DNA of 64,000 nt from Methanobacteriota archaeon (GTDB lineage: Archaea > Thermoplasmatota > Poseidoniia > Poseidoniales > Poseidoniaceae), in contig WTIT01000089.1 in assembly GCA_011526375.1 (NCBI GenBank), forward strand, positions 3,337-67,336. The letters are read 5' to 3'. Position 1 is the first letter of the stretch. The number at the start of each line of letters is the position of its first letter. This document shows, in pieces, positions 9,025-18,292 of this stretch. A model generated the notes under the pieces. That model searched no databases, had not been told where the DNA came from, and saw only the letters and a program-made list of their open reading frames with translations. The position numbers and the translations under genes are program-made.

Positions 9025-9773
9025 AGGTCTGTCCAGTTATCGGTGTTAGAATAATGTTGAGCGAGATATGCTTGAAGCATACTGCTGATGGTTGAGTTAT
9101 CTTGGCCGACTTCTTCTCCATCGATAGTCAAAATTTTACAACACCCAATACCTGTACCAAGGGCTAAAACTTCACTACTTCTTGCAACTAAGCGCTCATT
9201 TAGTTTCGCTTTAATGAGTGGAATTCCCATTTCAGCAAAACCAATTTTTAGGACGTCTAGGGTAATGCCTTGAACAGATTGTATGCTCTCACTGAAGTAT
9301 GCAACGCCATCTTCGTCGATTACCACGATAGCGGCTCTGTCTCCATCAATGATGCAATAATCATCAATTAATAGGGCAATATCAACCCCATTTTGTTCAG
9401 CAAGATCTTTTGCGTCGAGATAAAATTGCCAATCACCATGTTTTGTCCCTGTAACTTGCCCAAGCCACTTTTTCATTGGAATAGTCATCGAGTCTAAATT
9501 ACAATTTCTCAATTTTGGTAAATCACGGGATTTGGTTAGAAATACTCCCTCAACACAATCGAATGTAATGTTCAACAATCTATTGTCATCGTATTTTTCA
9601 TCCATATCGATTATTGCTTGGCCGATAAGTTGGTCAAAACTTTCTGGTAATGTAATCCGTAGTCTTTCGGCGTGCTTGGCTAACCGCTCGAGATGTTTTT
9701 CAAAATCGGCGATTTTAGAATTGCCGTCCCAAAGCGCCGTGGTAAATACAGCATCTCTTGGCTTTTTAGCCAT
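9006..9773 (-). CDS. Class IV aminotransferase-fold protein, aminodeoxychorismate lyase-like (PabC-like)
   Basis: About 255 aa, directly upstream of and overlapping the PabB-PabA fusion. The N-terminal FEKHLERLAKHAERLRI pattern resembles fold-type IV enzymes. Weak motif-level call. Confidence 0.5.
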   Translation of the reverse strand: MAKKPRDAVFTTALWDGNSKIADFEKHLERLAKHAERLRITLPESFDQLIGQAIIDMDEKYDDNRLLNITFDCVEGVFLTKSRDLPKLRNCNLDSMTIPMKKWLGQVTGTKHGDWQFYLDAKDLAEQNGVDIALLIDDYCIIDGDRAAIVVIDEDGVAYFSESIQSVQGITLDVLKIGFAEMGIPLIKAKLNERLVARSSEVLALGTGIGCCKILTIDGEEVGQDNSTISSMLQAYLAQHYSNTDNWTDLCEYSK

Positions 9774-9782
9774 ATTAACACC

Positions 9783-12700
9783 TCACAGTAGATCATCCAG
9801 GAATGATGTGTCAATATTCGGTTTTTGAGTTTGCTTTGGTTGATTTAACTCATTTAGTAAGGCATTATTTTGCGGTTGCAAAACTGGTTGCTGAGGTTGA
9901 TACGCCTGTCTTTGATATGGGTCGTTAGCTTCAATTCTTTGAGCAGCAGAATACAGATCATTTTCGACTTGTGGCGTAATTTGTGGCGGAGGTGCAATAG
10001 GAGCCATAGCACCAAATTCAGGAGCATCATCCCATCCCATATTGTCTTGGATGCCCCATGTGGCTTCTTGCAATTCCCAATTCTTATCACGCATTTTCTT
10101 ATTGTTTCTGGTTCTAACTATGCCAATCAGCAATAGCAGAGCCACCAAAAGTAAACCCGCAGCAATCAAATTTGGGGTGGTGAGTAAAGAAGTGAAGTCC
10201 GTATCTTCATTTGATTCTACAGGTTGTTCATTACCCGAACTTTGCTTTGGTAATACTTCGACTGATTCAACGATGTTTCGGGTTGTGTAATCGTCAAATG
10301 GAGATACAGCAACATACCAAGTTGTTTGGTTGTCTAACTGTTCAAATTTGTCACTGGAGATTAAGAAATTGGTTGATGCCAAAACTTCTCCAACCTCAAC
10401 AGCATCAGTAATTGATGTGAATGATTCATCGAGGATGTATATCTTGTAGCCGCGAATTTCACCCGAATTAACTCCGCTCCATGAAACGAGTATTCCGTCA
10501 TCGACCCAATCGGCTGATAAGTCATCAACAGGCGTAATATAGTCGCCAGAATCATCGAATCCATCATCAACCGATTGGCTAGATACCACTGTCAAATCAT
10601 CTAGGTAAGCGTTGCCCGAGGTGTCTCTAACGACCACGGCAGCCCATACCTCTAATCCAGTTACTACAGGCATATCGCCGGCAACAATTTCAATCAACAA
10701 TGGTAACTCAGGATTTCTTTCTAGCGTTGCAATTGGAGTAATCGGACCGCCGCTGCCCGGCGTTACAGTGGTAAACGAGGTTGATGCTGCATATATCTCA
10801 TAACTGCCCACGTCACTAGCGTCGCTTAACTCAAAGTTCAGTAACAATCCTGTACCGTCATCATTTGGACGGTCATAAAGTTCAATTTGTGTAAGTCTTT
10901 CTGGAGGTTCAGTATCTACAATGTTGTTAATCGGTGTGACGCTTGCTTGTGGGAGACTGGTCAAGTGAACATTACCTTTGATGTCATGAACGGTAACGGT
11001 GACGAATAATTCTATGTCAGGTTGGATTAGTTGAGGAGTAGCCATCGTGATGTCCATCATGCCCGTTGGCGGACTGTACAATGCTGTTGAGATAGTCAAT
11101 TCGATTGGGTTTTTATCTTCATCAATCCATTGTTTGTCAATCATCAAACATCCGCATTTGTCAGGGTCATCCCCAAATGCTGCCCATGCCCCGCTTAGGT
11201 CGGTAACCGGTTGATCAGCAACCCAGACGATGTAGTGTGAGAAATCATCAGCATCTGAAATCGTCCATACGACGTCTATTGCTGTTCCATCATCATTTGG
11301 ATGGTCATAAGCATTTACCGAGGCAATTCGATCAGGCGTTCCTCCACTACCTATCGTATTACGTAACGGTGTAGCAGATACTACATCTACATCGATTAAA
11401 TCAACATTCAACCAATCGTCATAGGCAACGACAGCAAGCAGATATGGTTGACCATCTTGTAGTACCAAACCATCGTATTCATCAATGATTGTACTTGTTG
11501 TGCCACAATCATCAATGATTACAGAGCGAGAGAATCCACGTTCTTCGAGTGATTGAATTACGGTTAAATCAGGTTGCCCATCATCCAATTTGACCCAAAC
11601 GGCATAGAATGTACAATCATCAGCAATGCTTTCCTCCCAAGAAATGGTAATTCTTCCTCCATCATCATCAGGCGTATCAATCGCAGTGACATTCTCAAGC
11701 TTAGGAGGCGGAGTCAAGTCGTTTAGACCACCAGTTGGGACTACTGGACCAATTACGATTGGATTTAGGATGTCTTCTTGGTCAGTTAGGTCCACACAAG
11801 TTAGACCAATCCAATATGGTCTACCTGGATTCAATTGGATAATTGTTGTGTTGCCTTCAGTTGGCGGCAGTTCTACTTCAGGAGTTAATCCAAGCACATC
11901 ACTAAATTCACTGGTAAGGGCGTATATTTTGGTACTCTTCAAATCAAGCGCAGTACATCTTGCCCACTCTATTTCCAAATCTCCATCTTGGCCACCATCA
12001 TGCGGTCCTGCATTTGCCCAGATCGGAGATAATGGAACTTCGTTAGTTGGGACTGCTGGCCCTAGTTGAGGAGAGGGCGTTCCCAATCTTCCATCGTCAT
12101 ATTCTACCACTACAATTGCATAATATTCAGTTCCATCAACTAAAGGTTGACCGTTCGCCGTAGTCACTTCATTCTGTAAACGGCTGTGTAGAGAAATTGC
12201 TTTGTCAACAGTCCTGCCTGTTAAATCATCAGCGGAAATCACAGATGTTCCAGAAGCACTGGAGAAAGGCCCTTCACTTACATACACTAGATATCTTGAG
12301 AAATCATCGTCGTGAACTAGAGTCCATGAAGCGGTTAACGCGCCACCACCATCATCTGGCCTGTCAATCAATCCAGTAAGAGTGATTGGAGTTTCTAGTT
12401 TGATGTAATCATAGGTTATTCTTACCTCTAGAGAGCCATTACTTGGCGATCTTAAATTTAGTTGAACATACTTTGTTCCGTTTATTTGTACCGCACTATC
12501 AACGGCTGCTTGAAGTGTGTTAGAGAGTTGAGGGTCATCTGAAAGATTCAGCGTTACTGCATATTTTAGACTGTTAGATTGGGCCCAAGTCGCCGCCCCA
12601 CTCACCGGTGAAGTGAATGCAAGCGGAATGCCTTGGAATGGAATGTTATGTATTCCTGGATTACCTGCATCGGAGTCTAGGATAATTGGGTCAAGGACGG

Positions 12701-15700
12701 TTGCTAATTGAATCTGAACACCGGGATGAGCTAGGTTAGTGATATCTTGATTAAGCAAATTAAAGCCCATGTTTAAGGGATCGGCGCGCCGCAATTCAAA
12801 ACGCTCAAGAGGAGTCCATTGAGGATTATTCATCCAACCAAACAAGCCGTTATTGTCGGTAGTAACCCACAGATAATCATCACTAATTGTCCCACTTGTG
12901 ATGCTGACATCAGGGACAACAAACACCTTAGTTACAGCATGTGATTGGGATGTAGCCTCGGAGATAGTAATTATGTCTCTTCCTATCGCTAGTAATTCAT
13001 TTCCATTGCTGACTAATCTTTCGATTGGCCAACTAGGTACTTGGAAAGCAGCCGCTCCATCTTCAAATTGGCCGTTTATGCCATTCCAATGCGTCATTGG
13101 GCCAACATCAGTTGCAATGTGTAGGCCCCACCAGTCACTGGCAAGCGCTGTTACTGTATTGGAAGGCAATTGGTCGAATCGGTGGGTCTGGGTAATCAGT
13201 CCGGTTGTACCATCGATACTAGTGACGCCAGGTCTTTCACTTCCTGCCCCATCGTGACTAACATGTATTTCTACTCCTCCAACATTGTTTGAGGTACTAA
13301 TTAGTCCCCATGAGGACGTTCCTAACATACCGTTTCCAGTAGTTAGAACATTGACCGAGTTGGTCAAGGTATCCATTTGTGCTAATCCCGAAGGTGTTGC
13401 CACCCATAGATTTGGAGATTCGAACATAACGTCTTGAATAAGGTTCGATGGCAGTCCGTCAGTTGTACTTAGAGGATTTAACCAGTCATTGGTTTGCAGT
13501 GACCATCTTCCAACGCCGCCATTGGTAGCGATGTACACTTCATCAAGACTTACGTCTATGCTATTGACGATGTTTGACGGCAATCCTGCTAGTAACCTTC
13601 CGTTGCCGAAACTATTGGTTTGCGTATCATAGATTTGAACTCCGGCAGACGAGCCAGAATTTCCTTGTAGCCCAATAATCAAGTCACTGCCAACGAGTTT
13701 TAATCCATCCATGTTATTGTGCAGTGCCCCATTAATCGAAGTTAAAGTTGCAGTTATGGTATCGAGCATCATAAGTCCAGAGGGCGAGGTTGAGATGTAT
13801 AAGTCAGTTCCAACTAATTCCAAATCGTTGGCTTGAGAATTAGCCGGCAGGGTCCATCCCTGTTGCCATTCAATGGTGCCGTCAGGCTGTCTCTCACCTT
13901 GGAGAATACCTGCACCAGTAGACTGTCCAAAACCGACATTTTCGCCAATTGTAGTTACCCATAGATGTGTTCCGTTTCCAGTCATTGTTGTCACTTGCCC
14001 GCTTACCAATCCAGGTAAAGTTTGGATGGTATTTTGACCAGTAGAATCGAGGTGGTCGACACGGCTGTAACCGGAAGAACCACCAGCTTGTCCGAGTAAC
14101 CAACCAGTTCCAGACCATTGGAATGATGTAACTGATGAGCCCTGTGCGTTAGAGTTAACTTGGCTAGTAATCGCTCCGCTAGTAGTGATTACTGAATATC
14201 CGCCACCAATTACATTAGACCCTGACTGACCTAAACCGTGGCCAACAATCAGTTTTCCGTTGTCGTAATCAATCGCATCCCACCAAATCCTGTCGCTTGG
14301 TAAATTATGGGTTTGGGTGGAAATATCTGAAAGGAAAATTCCACTGTTCATGTTGTACTTTTTAATCGGTTCTTCATCTTGATAAAAGGTGACGTAAAGA
14401 GTATCAGTAGACTGATCACATGCCACTCCAGACACTCTTCCTTCACCTAGAGAGGCTCTAGTGAGGGTATTGACTACAGTATCGGTGGCGAGGTCAATCT
14501 GCTCGATACCTCCGTTTGAATCATATATTCCAACATTGAGTAATCCTCCACAATAGGCCATAGTAATCGGATAACCTCGCTGGATACCACCTTGGCCACC
14601 TTGGGTGTATACATTCCAGTTAGCACCATCCCAATGGGATATTGCGCCACCCTGGAAGCCTTGGAAACTTTGTCCATCACCGCCACCAAGGACTAGATCA
14701 ACTCCATTTGTCCACAATTCGTAAAACTCGCTTCCCGAATTACCAGGCAGACCATTATTCTCCTGCCATGTAGACAACCATGAATTGGTTGAACGATCGT
14801 ACCTTGCTACACCATCTTCGGTAGCAAACAATACTTCACCGTTATACTCGACGATTTCTCTAATTGGGAAATCTAAACCATCATCACTGTTCCAGGACCC
14901 GACAAAGTTCCCTGAAGCATCATATAGGTCGAGACGTAACTCGCCCCAAGAGACCCACATTTCACCGGAATTTGTTTCATATGCAGTCACTCTGTCAACT
15001 TGGCCGGTAGGTTCAATGTTTGCTCCCCAAGTATCGTTAGCGATATCCCATTGAGCAATGCCACCACGACCATCATAATAATCTGGGAAGCCACCGTTAG
15101 ATGCTACGCTAGCCATGATAACACCATCGATAAGCCCCATGCCCCAAGCAGGGCCGCTGTTGTCATTTAGTTGAATACCAGCATCAATGTTAGATAATTG
15201 ATTGAAATTTACGACATCTATACGATAGACGCTATTGCTGTCGTCTCCCTGATGGTAATACATTACACCATTGTAAATTACCATCTGATATGGATTACCA
15301 TTCCCCAGATAAAGCGCATCGTTCTTCTCAATATCATATACTTCTACTTGATTAACAACATCGATTAGCTGGAAACCGTCCTCACCACCAATCCAAAGTT
15401 GATCTGGATTAACATCTGCTACTAGGCCGGTAACATCTTGATTTCCAGGGTCTAGTATCGCATTACCAGATGGGGAGTTACTGTATTCGGTCCAAGTTGG
15501 TAGCCAAGAGTTAGTTGAGATTTCATACCTTGCTACACCAATACCGTTGAGTCCGATATAGGCAATATCCCCAATCACTTCTACTGGTGCATTGTCGGTA
15601 TCCTCTCCAGCTTCCCACGTGTCTACAACATCGAACGGATTTGTGGTTAAAATACCGACACCGCCATTGGTGCCGCCGTAAATTTTTGATCCGTCCGAGG

Positions 15701-18155
15701 CTATTGTGCGTGTTGACCAATCAGGCATACCGTCGTAGACATTGAGACAATCATCTACTTGTAAGGTACTGATTGGATATTTACACACACCTCGGTCAGT
15801 TCCGACATATAAGTCACTGCCTAGTATTGTAAAGTCGTAGAATGTATCAGGTTGAGTGACCCAGCTGCCCCCCCTTCCTTGTAGGTCAACGGCTTGGGAA
15901 CCATCCCATCTTATTGCACCATCTTCACCCCCAATGTAGAGGTTTGACCCATCTGAAAACAATGCATAGATGATATCCGAGGGCAGGAAATCGAGGCCGG
16001 ATGCTCCACCGCTACCCGGATTATTTCCTCCACCCGAATCGGTGAATGGAAGCAATATTTCACCAGTCGCCAAGTCTTTTCTGACTACGCCATAACCAGG
16101 CAGCCCCATGTGCAATACGCCGTTGAAAACAGCCAATGGAACATCATCTGCATTGTTGATGCCGGTAGAGCCCCATGGAGCGAGGAATGTTTCATTTGTT
16201 AAGTCAAATCGTGCCAGACCAATGTCTAGTGTAGCAATGTATGCAATGTTGCCATAAGTTACCACGTCAGTTAATCCACTGGAAGTCAACTGATTTGATG
16301 AATCATAAATTGCGACCGAGTTTGTTGATGTGTCAATTACTGACATCGCTGAATTAGAATTAATGGTAATCAAATGGTTGTTGTTGATGGCAATTCTTTG
16401 TACGGAATTAGAGGCTAATCCACTTGATGTATCCCAAGTTTGCAGAATTGAGCCATTGGCGCTCATCTTATGAGCACCAGTGTTATCTGAGGCAATGTAG
16501 ATGTAGGTGCCGTCGGTGATTAATTGGTTAACATCATCACCAATTAATTGAGGGGTTAACCACCTCGATTGTTGAATATCAAAACGATTCATAATCCCAT
16601 CAGCAGCAACATATAACACATCATTTAACTCAACTGCATCATCCATTTGTGCCGAGGTTGGACCGCTAGCAAGTAACATATTTCCGAGATAAGGTGGTGT
16701 AGCTGTGGTATCAATAATCGCTAAATCGCCGCCTCCGTCACTTATCAGAACTATCTCACTCGTTGGTGAGCGTATGCCAATATTGGGCCAAACAACCAAC
16801 TTTTCTCCGTTATTCACTAGTCCAAAGTCTTGTAAATCATAGGACTGAAGGAATACACCATTTAGAGTGTTATATGTTTGAACTGTATTACCATTGAGGA
16901 TAACAAGGATATCGTTAGAGACTATCACATCAGAGACACTGTTTGAATTAAGCCAGTTGTTGTTGTTCCAAGTGGATAGCCAAAACCCAGTATTCCAGTC
17001 AAAGCGTGCAAGACCTGCATCTTCAGAGGCAAGTAATAATTGGTTCCCCGAGACATAAAATGAGTTGACAGAGTCGCTGTGAAGATTATTAGCTGTAGTC
17101 CACTTGCTAAGTCGTAGACCGTTGGATAAATCCCACCTCTCAACTCCATCTCCTTCTGAAGAGAAATATAGAATACCATCAACTTCGATAATATCCAATC
17201 CTTGACTTGTTTGAGATTTGAAGAATACATTATTCCAATCAGCGCCATCAAACACCGCAATTCTATCTGATGAAAGAGCATATGGCGTTCCATCACTGGC
17301 GATAATAAACTGGTCGAACTGAACAAACTCAATCGTGTCCAAATCGGCAACAGTTTCTGGTAATGAAGTAATGACGGAAGTATCAATCAAAGATATTGCG
17401 TGAAAATAGTTGTCATCAGTCAGTATGTGTAAGACTAAATTAACAGCATCAATCTCCAGGTCAACGATTGAGTTGGCGTTTTCATATTCAACCATATCAA
17501 TGATTTTTGGATCATTATTGTAATCAATAATTAGCAAAGTATTGCTAATTGCTAGATATAATCGGCCGTCCAACAAGTGAATTACATAATCGGTGATTTC
17601 AAGATCAACCGGTTCAAATGTAACAGCAGGGTCAATCGGTGCTAAAGCCTCGATGATTAGCTCGTTGATTTCTGCACCTGAAGGTAAAGTCCAATACGCC
17701 CCAGAATCACTGTTGGGTGATAATCTTCCAGAGTGAGGATTGGCACTGGTAAAGGAATCACTTGAGCCAAGCATACCAAGTCCAGACCAATCGAACAGAT
17801 TTACTCCAACATCACTTGCAGTAATTACCGGTTCCTCAATCAGCAAATCACTGCTGCCGTTTACTCTTACTTCCATAGTGACATTTGATAGAGAGGCACC
17901 TGGGGCAAACTCAAGCCCCCAGTTCGCATTGGCTTGCAATCCGAGCGCAGGGTCAGCGCCTACAGCATCCAGTCGTATCCAACCTGTATCATTACTGGCT
18001 TGTTTTGGCCATACAGTATCGCTGTCAGTTAAATGAGCAGATACTGGTGATAGAATCATCAGCGGGCTAAGCGATGTAACCACCATTAAAACCGTCAACA
18101 GCAAGGCTTTACGCGCCCTGCTGATGGAAATAACAGGAGTGCTCAACCCGTTCAT
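9783..18155 (-). CDS. Giant (2790 aa) type-I anchored surface protein: signal peptide, long beta-propeller-repeat region, six Fn3-like modules, TM anchor, Q/P-rich cytoplasmic tail
   Basis: Uninterrupted ORF. N-terminal signal-like LLLTVLMVVTSLSPLMILSPVSA. At least 10 copies of G[LVI][AEV]R[FYW][DE] propeller-blade motifs. Repeated D[RTH]P[DN]DDG[GT] modules. C-terminal LIAAGLLLVALLLLIGIV followed by RTRNNKKMRDK. Confidence 0.9.
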   Translation of the reverse strand: MNGLSTPVISISRARKALLLTVLMVVTSLSPLMILSPVSAHLTDSDTVWPKQASNDTGWIRLDAVGADPALGLQANANWGLEFAPGASLSNVTMEVRVNGSSDLLIEEPVITASDVGVNLFDWSGLGMLGSSDSFTSANPHSGRLSPNSDSGAYWTLPSGAEINELIIEALAPIDPAVTFEPVDLEITDYVIHLLDGRLYLAISNTLLIIDYNNDPKIIDMVEYENANSIVDLEIDAVNLVLHILTDDNYFHAISLIDTSVITSLPETVADLDTIEFVQFDQFIIASDGTPYALSSDRIAVFDGADWNNVFFKSQTSQGLDIIEVDGILYFSSEGDGVERWDLSNGLRLSKWTTANNLHSDSVNSFYVSGNQLLLASEDAGLARFDWNTGFWLSTWNNNNWLNSNSVSDVIVSNDILVILNGNTVQTYNTLNGVFLQSYDLQDFGLVNNGEKLVVWPNIGIRSPTSEIVLISDGGGDLAIIDTTATPPYLGNMLLASGPTSAQMDDAVELNDVLYVAADGIMNRFDIQQSRWLTPQLIGDDVNQLITDGTYIYIASDNTGAHKMSANGSILQTWDTSSGLASNSVQRIAINNNHLITINSNSAMSVIDTSTNSVAIYDSSNQLTSSGLTDVVTYGNIAYIATLDIGLARFDLTNETFLAPWGSTGINNADDVPLAVFNGVLHMGLPGYGVVRKDLATGEILLPFTDSGGGNNPGSGGASGLDFLPSDIIYALFSDGSNLYIGGEDGAIRWDGSQAVDLQGRGGSWVTQPDTFYDFTILGSDLYVGTDRGVCKYPISTLQVDDCLNVYDGMPDWSTRTIASDGSKIYGGTNGGVGILTTNPFDVVDTWEAGEDTDNAPVEVIGDIAYIGLNGIGVARYEISTNSWLPTWTEYSNSPSGNAILDPGNQDVTGLVADVNPDQLWIGGEDGFQLIDVVNQVEVYDIEKNDALYLGNGNPYQMVIYNGVMYYHQGDDSNSVYRIDVVNFNQLSNIDAGIQLNDNSGPAWGMGLIDGVIMASVASNGGFPDYYDGRGGIAQWDIANDTWGANIEPTGQVDRVTAYETNSGEMWVSWGELRLDLYDASGNFVGSWNSDDGLDFPIREIVEYNGEVLFATEDGVARYDRSTNSWLSTWQENNGLPGNSGSEFYELWTNGVDLVLGGGDGQSFQGFQGGAISHWDGANWNVYTQGGQGGIQRGYPITMAYCGGLLNVGIYDSNGGIEQIDLATDTVVNTLTRASLGEGRVSGVACDQSTDTLYVTFYQDEEPIKKYNMNSGIFLSDISTQTHNLPSDRIWWDAIDYDNGKLIVGHGLGQSGSNVIGGGYSVITTSGAITSQVNSNAQGSSVTSFQWSGTGWLLGQAGGSSGYSRVDHLDSTGQNTIQTLPGLVSGQVTTMTGNGTHLWVTTIGENVGFGQSTGAGILQGERQPDGTIEWQQGWTLPANSQANDLELVGTDLYISTSPSGLMMLDTITATLTSINGALHNNMDGLKLVGSDLIIGLQGNSGSSAGVQIYDTQTNSFGNGRLLAGLPSNIVNSIDVSLDEVYIATNGGVGRWSLQTNDWLNPLSTTDGLPSNLIQDVMFESPNLWVATPSGLAQMDTLTNSVNVLTTGNGMLGTSSWGLISTSNNVGGVEIHVSHDGAGSERPGVTSIDGTTGLITQTHRFDQLPSNTVTALASDWWGLHIATDVGPMTHWNGINGQFEDGAAAFQVPSWPIERLVSNGNELLAIGRDIITISEATSQSHAVTKVFVVPDVSITSGTISDDYLWVTTDNNGLFGWMNNPQWTPLERFELRRADPLNMGFNLLNQDITNLAHPGVQIQLATVLDPIILDSDAGNPGIHNIPFQGIPLAFTSPVSGAATWAQSNSLKYAVTLNLSDDPQLSNTLQAAVDSAVQINGTKYVQLNLRSPSNGSLEVRITYDYIKLETPITLTGLIDRPDDGGGALTASWTLVHDDDFSRYLVYVSEGPFSSASGTSVISADDLTGRTVDKAISLHSRLQNEVTTANGQPLVDGTEYYAIVVVEYDDGRLGTPSPQLGPAVPTNEVPLSPIWANAGPHDGGQDGDLEIEWARCTALDLKSTKIYALTSEFSDVLGLTPEVELPPTEGNTTIIQLNPGRPYWIGLTCVDLTDQEDILNPIVIGPVVPTGGLNDLTPPPKLENVTAIDTPDDDGGRITISWEESIADDCTFYAVWVKLDDGQPDLTVIQSLEERGFSRSVIIDDCGTTSTIIDEYDGLVLQDGQPYLLAVVAYDDWLNVDLIDVDVVSATPLRNTIGSGGTPDRIASVNAYDHPNDDGTAIDVVWTISDADDFSHYIVWVADQPVTDLSGAWAAFGDDPDKCGCLMIDKQWIDEDKNPIELTISTALYSPPTGMMDITMATPQLIQPDIELFVTVTVHDIKGNVHLTSLPQASVTPINNIVDTEPPERLTQIELYDRPNDDGTGLLLNFELSDASDVGSYEIYAASTSFTTVTPGSGGPITPIATLERNPELPLLIEIVAGDMPVVTGLEVWAAVVVRDTSGNAYLDDLTVVSSQSVDDGFDDSGDYITPVDDLSADWVDDGILVSWSGVNSGEIRGYKIYILDESFTSITDAVEVGEVLASTNFLISSDKFEQLDNQTTWYVAVSPFDDYTTRNIVESVEVLPKQSSGNEQPVESNEDTDFTSLLTTPNLIAAGLLLVALLLLIGIVRTRNNKKMRDKNWELQEATWGIQDNMGWDDAPEFGAMAPIAPPPQITPQVENDLYSAAQRIEANDPYQRQAYQPQQPVLQPQNNALLNELNQPKQTQKPNIDTSFLDDLL
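10170..12380 (-). repeat. Six tandem Fn3-like modules (about 110-150 aa each) in the giant protein
   Basis: Module starts: DRPDDGGGALTASW, GPHDGGQDGDLEIEW, DTPDDDGGRITISW, DHPNDDGTAIDVVW, DRPNDDGTGLLLNF, ADWVDDGILVSW. Each is followed by a Y-x-[IV]-[YW] strand and a YYAIVV/LLAVVA/WAAVVV-type strand. Confidence 0.75.
13000..17600 (-). repeat. Array of about 45-50 aa beta-propeller blade repeats (two-component-regulator-propeller-like)
   Basis: Recurrent blade pattern, e.g. GDGVERWDLSNG, DAGLARFDWNTG, DIGLARFDLTNE, NGIGVARYEISTN, EDGVARYDRSTN, NGGVGRWSLQTN, PSGLAQMDTLTN. Boundaries are approximate. Confidence 0.6.
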
Positions 18156-18292
18156 CAGTATATTGGCGCATCTTACAGTATTTGAACGCGGCCCTCGTTC
18201 GTTCAGTAAAGTATCACGAAGACGGGGGGCACAAACTCCTAATCAAATCCTAAGTTAGTTAGCAGATATGCCCCAAACAATCAAACAGTGTA

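Noticed and set aside
11626-12069. 147-aa ORF antisense to the giant surface-protein gene, plus similar antisense ORFs at 12898-13257, 14785-15054 and 17740-18036
   Set aside because: Low-complexity S/G/P-rich translations mirror the codon bias of the long sense gene. They have no SD or independent start context, and the sense ORF is uninterrupted. These are typical shadow ORFs.
16925-17386. 153-aa same-strand, alternative-frame ORF inside the giant gene
   Set aside because: No SD, no recognisable domain, and composition looks like an out-of-frame read of the repeat region. There is nothing to support an overlapping gene.
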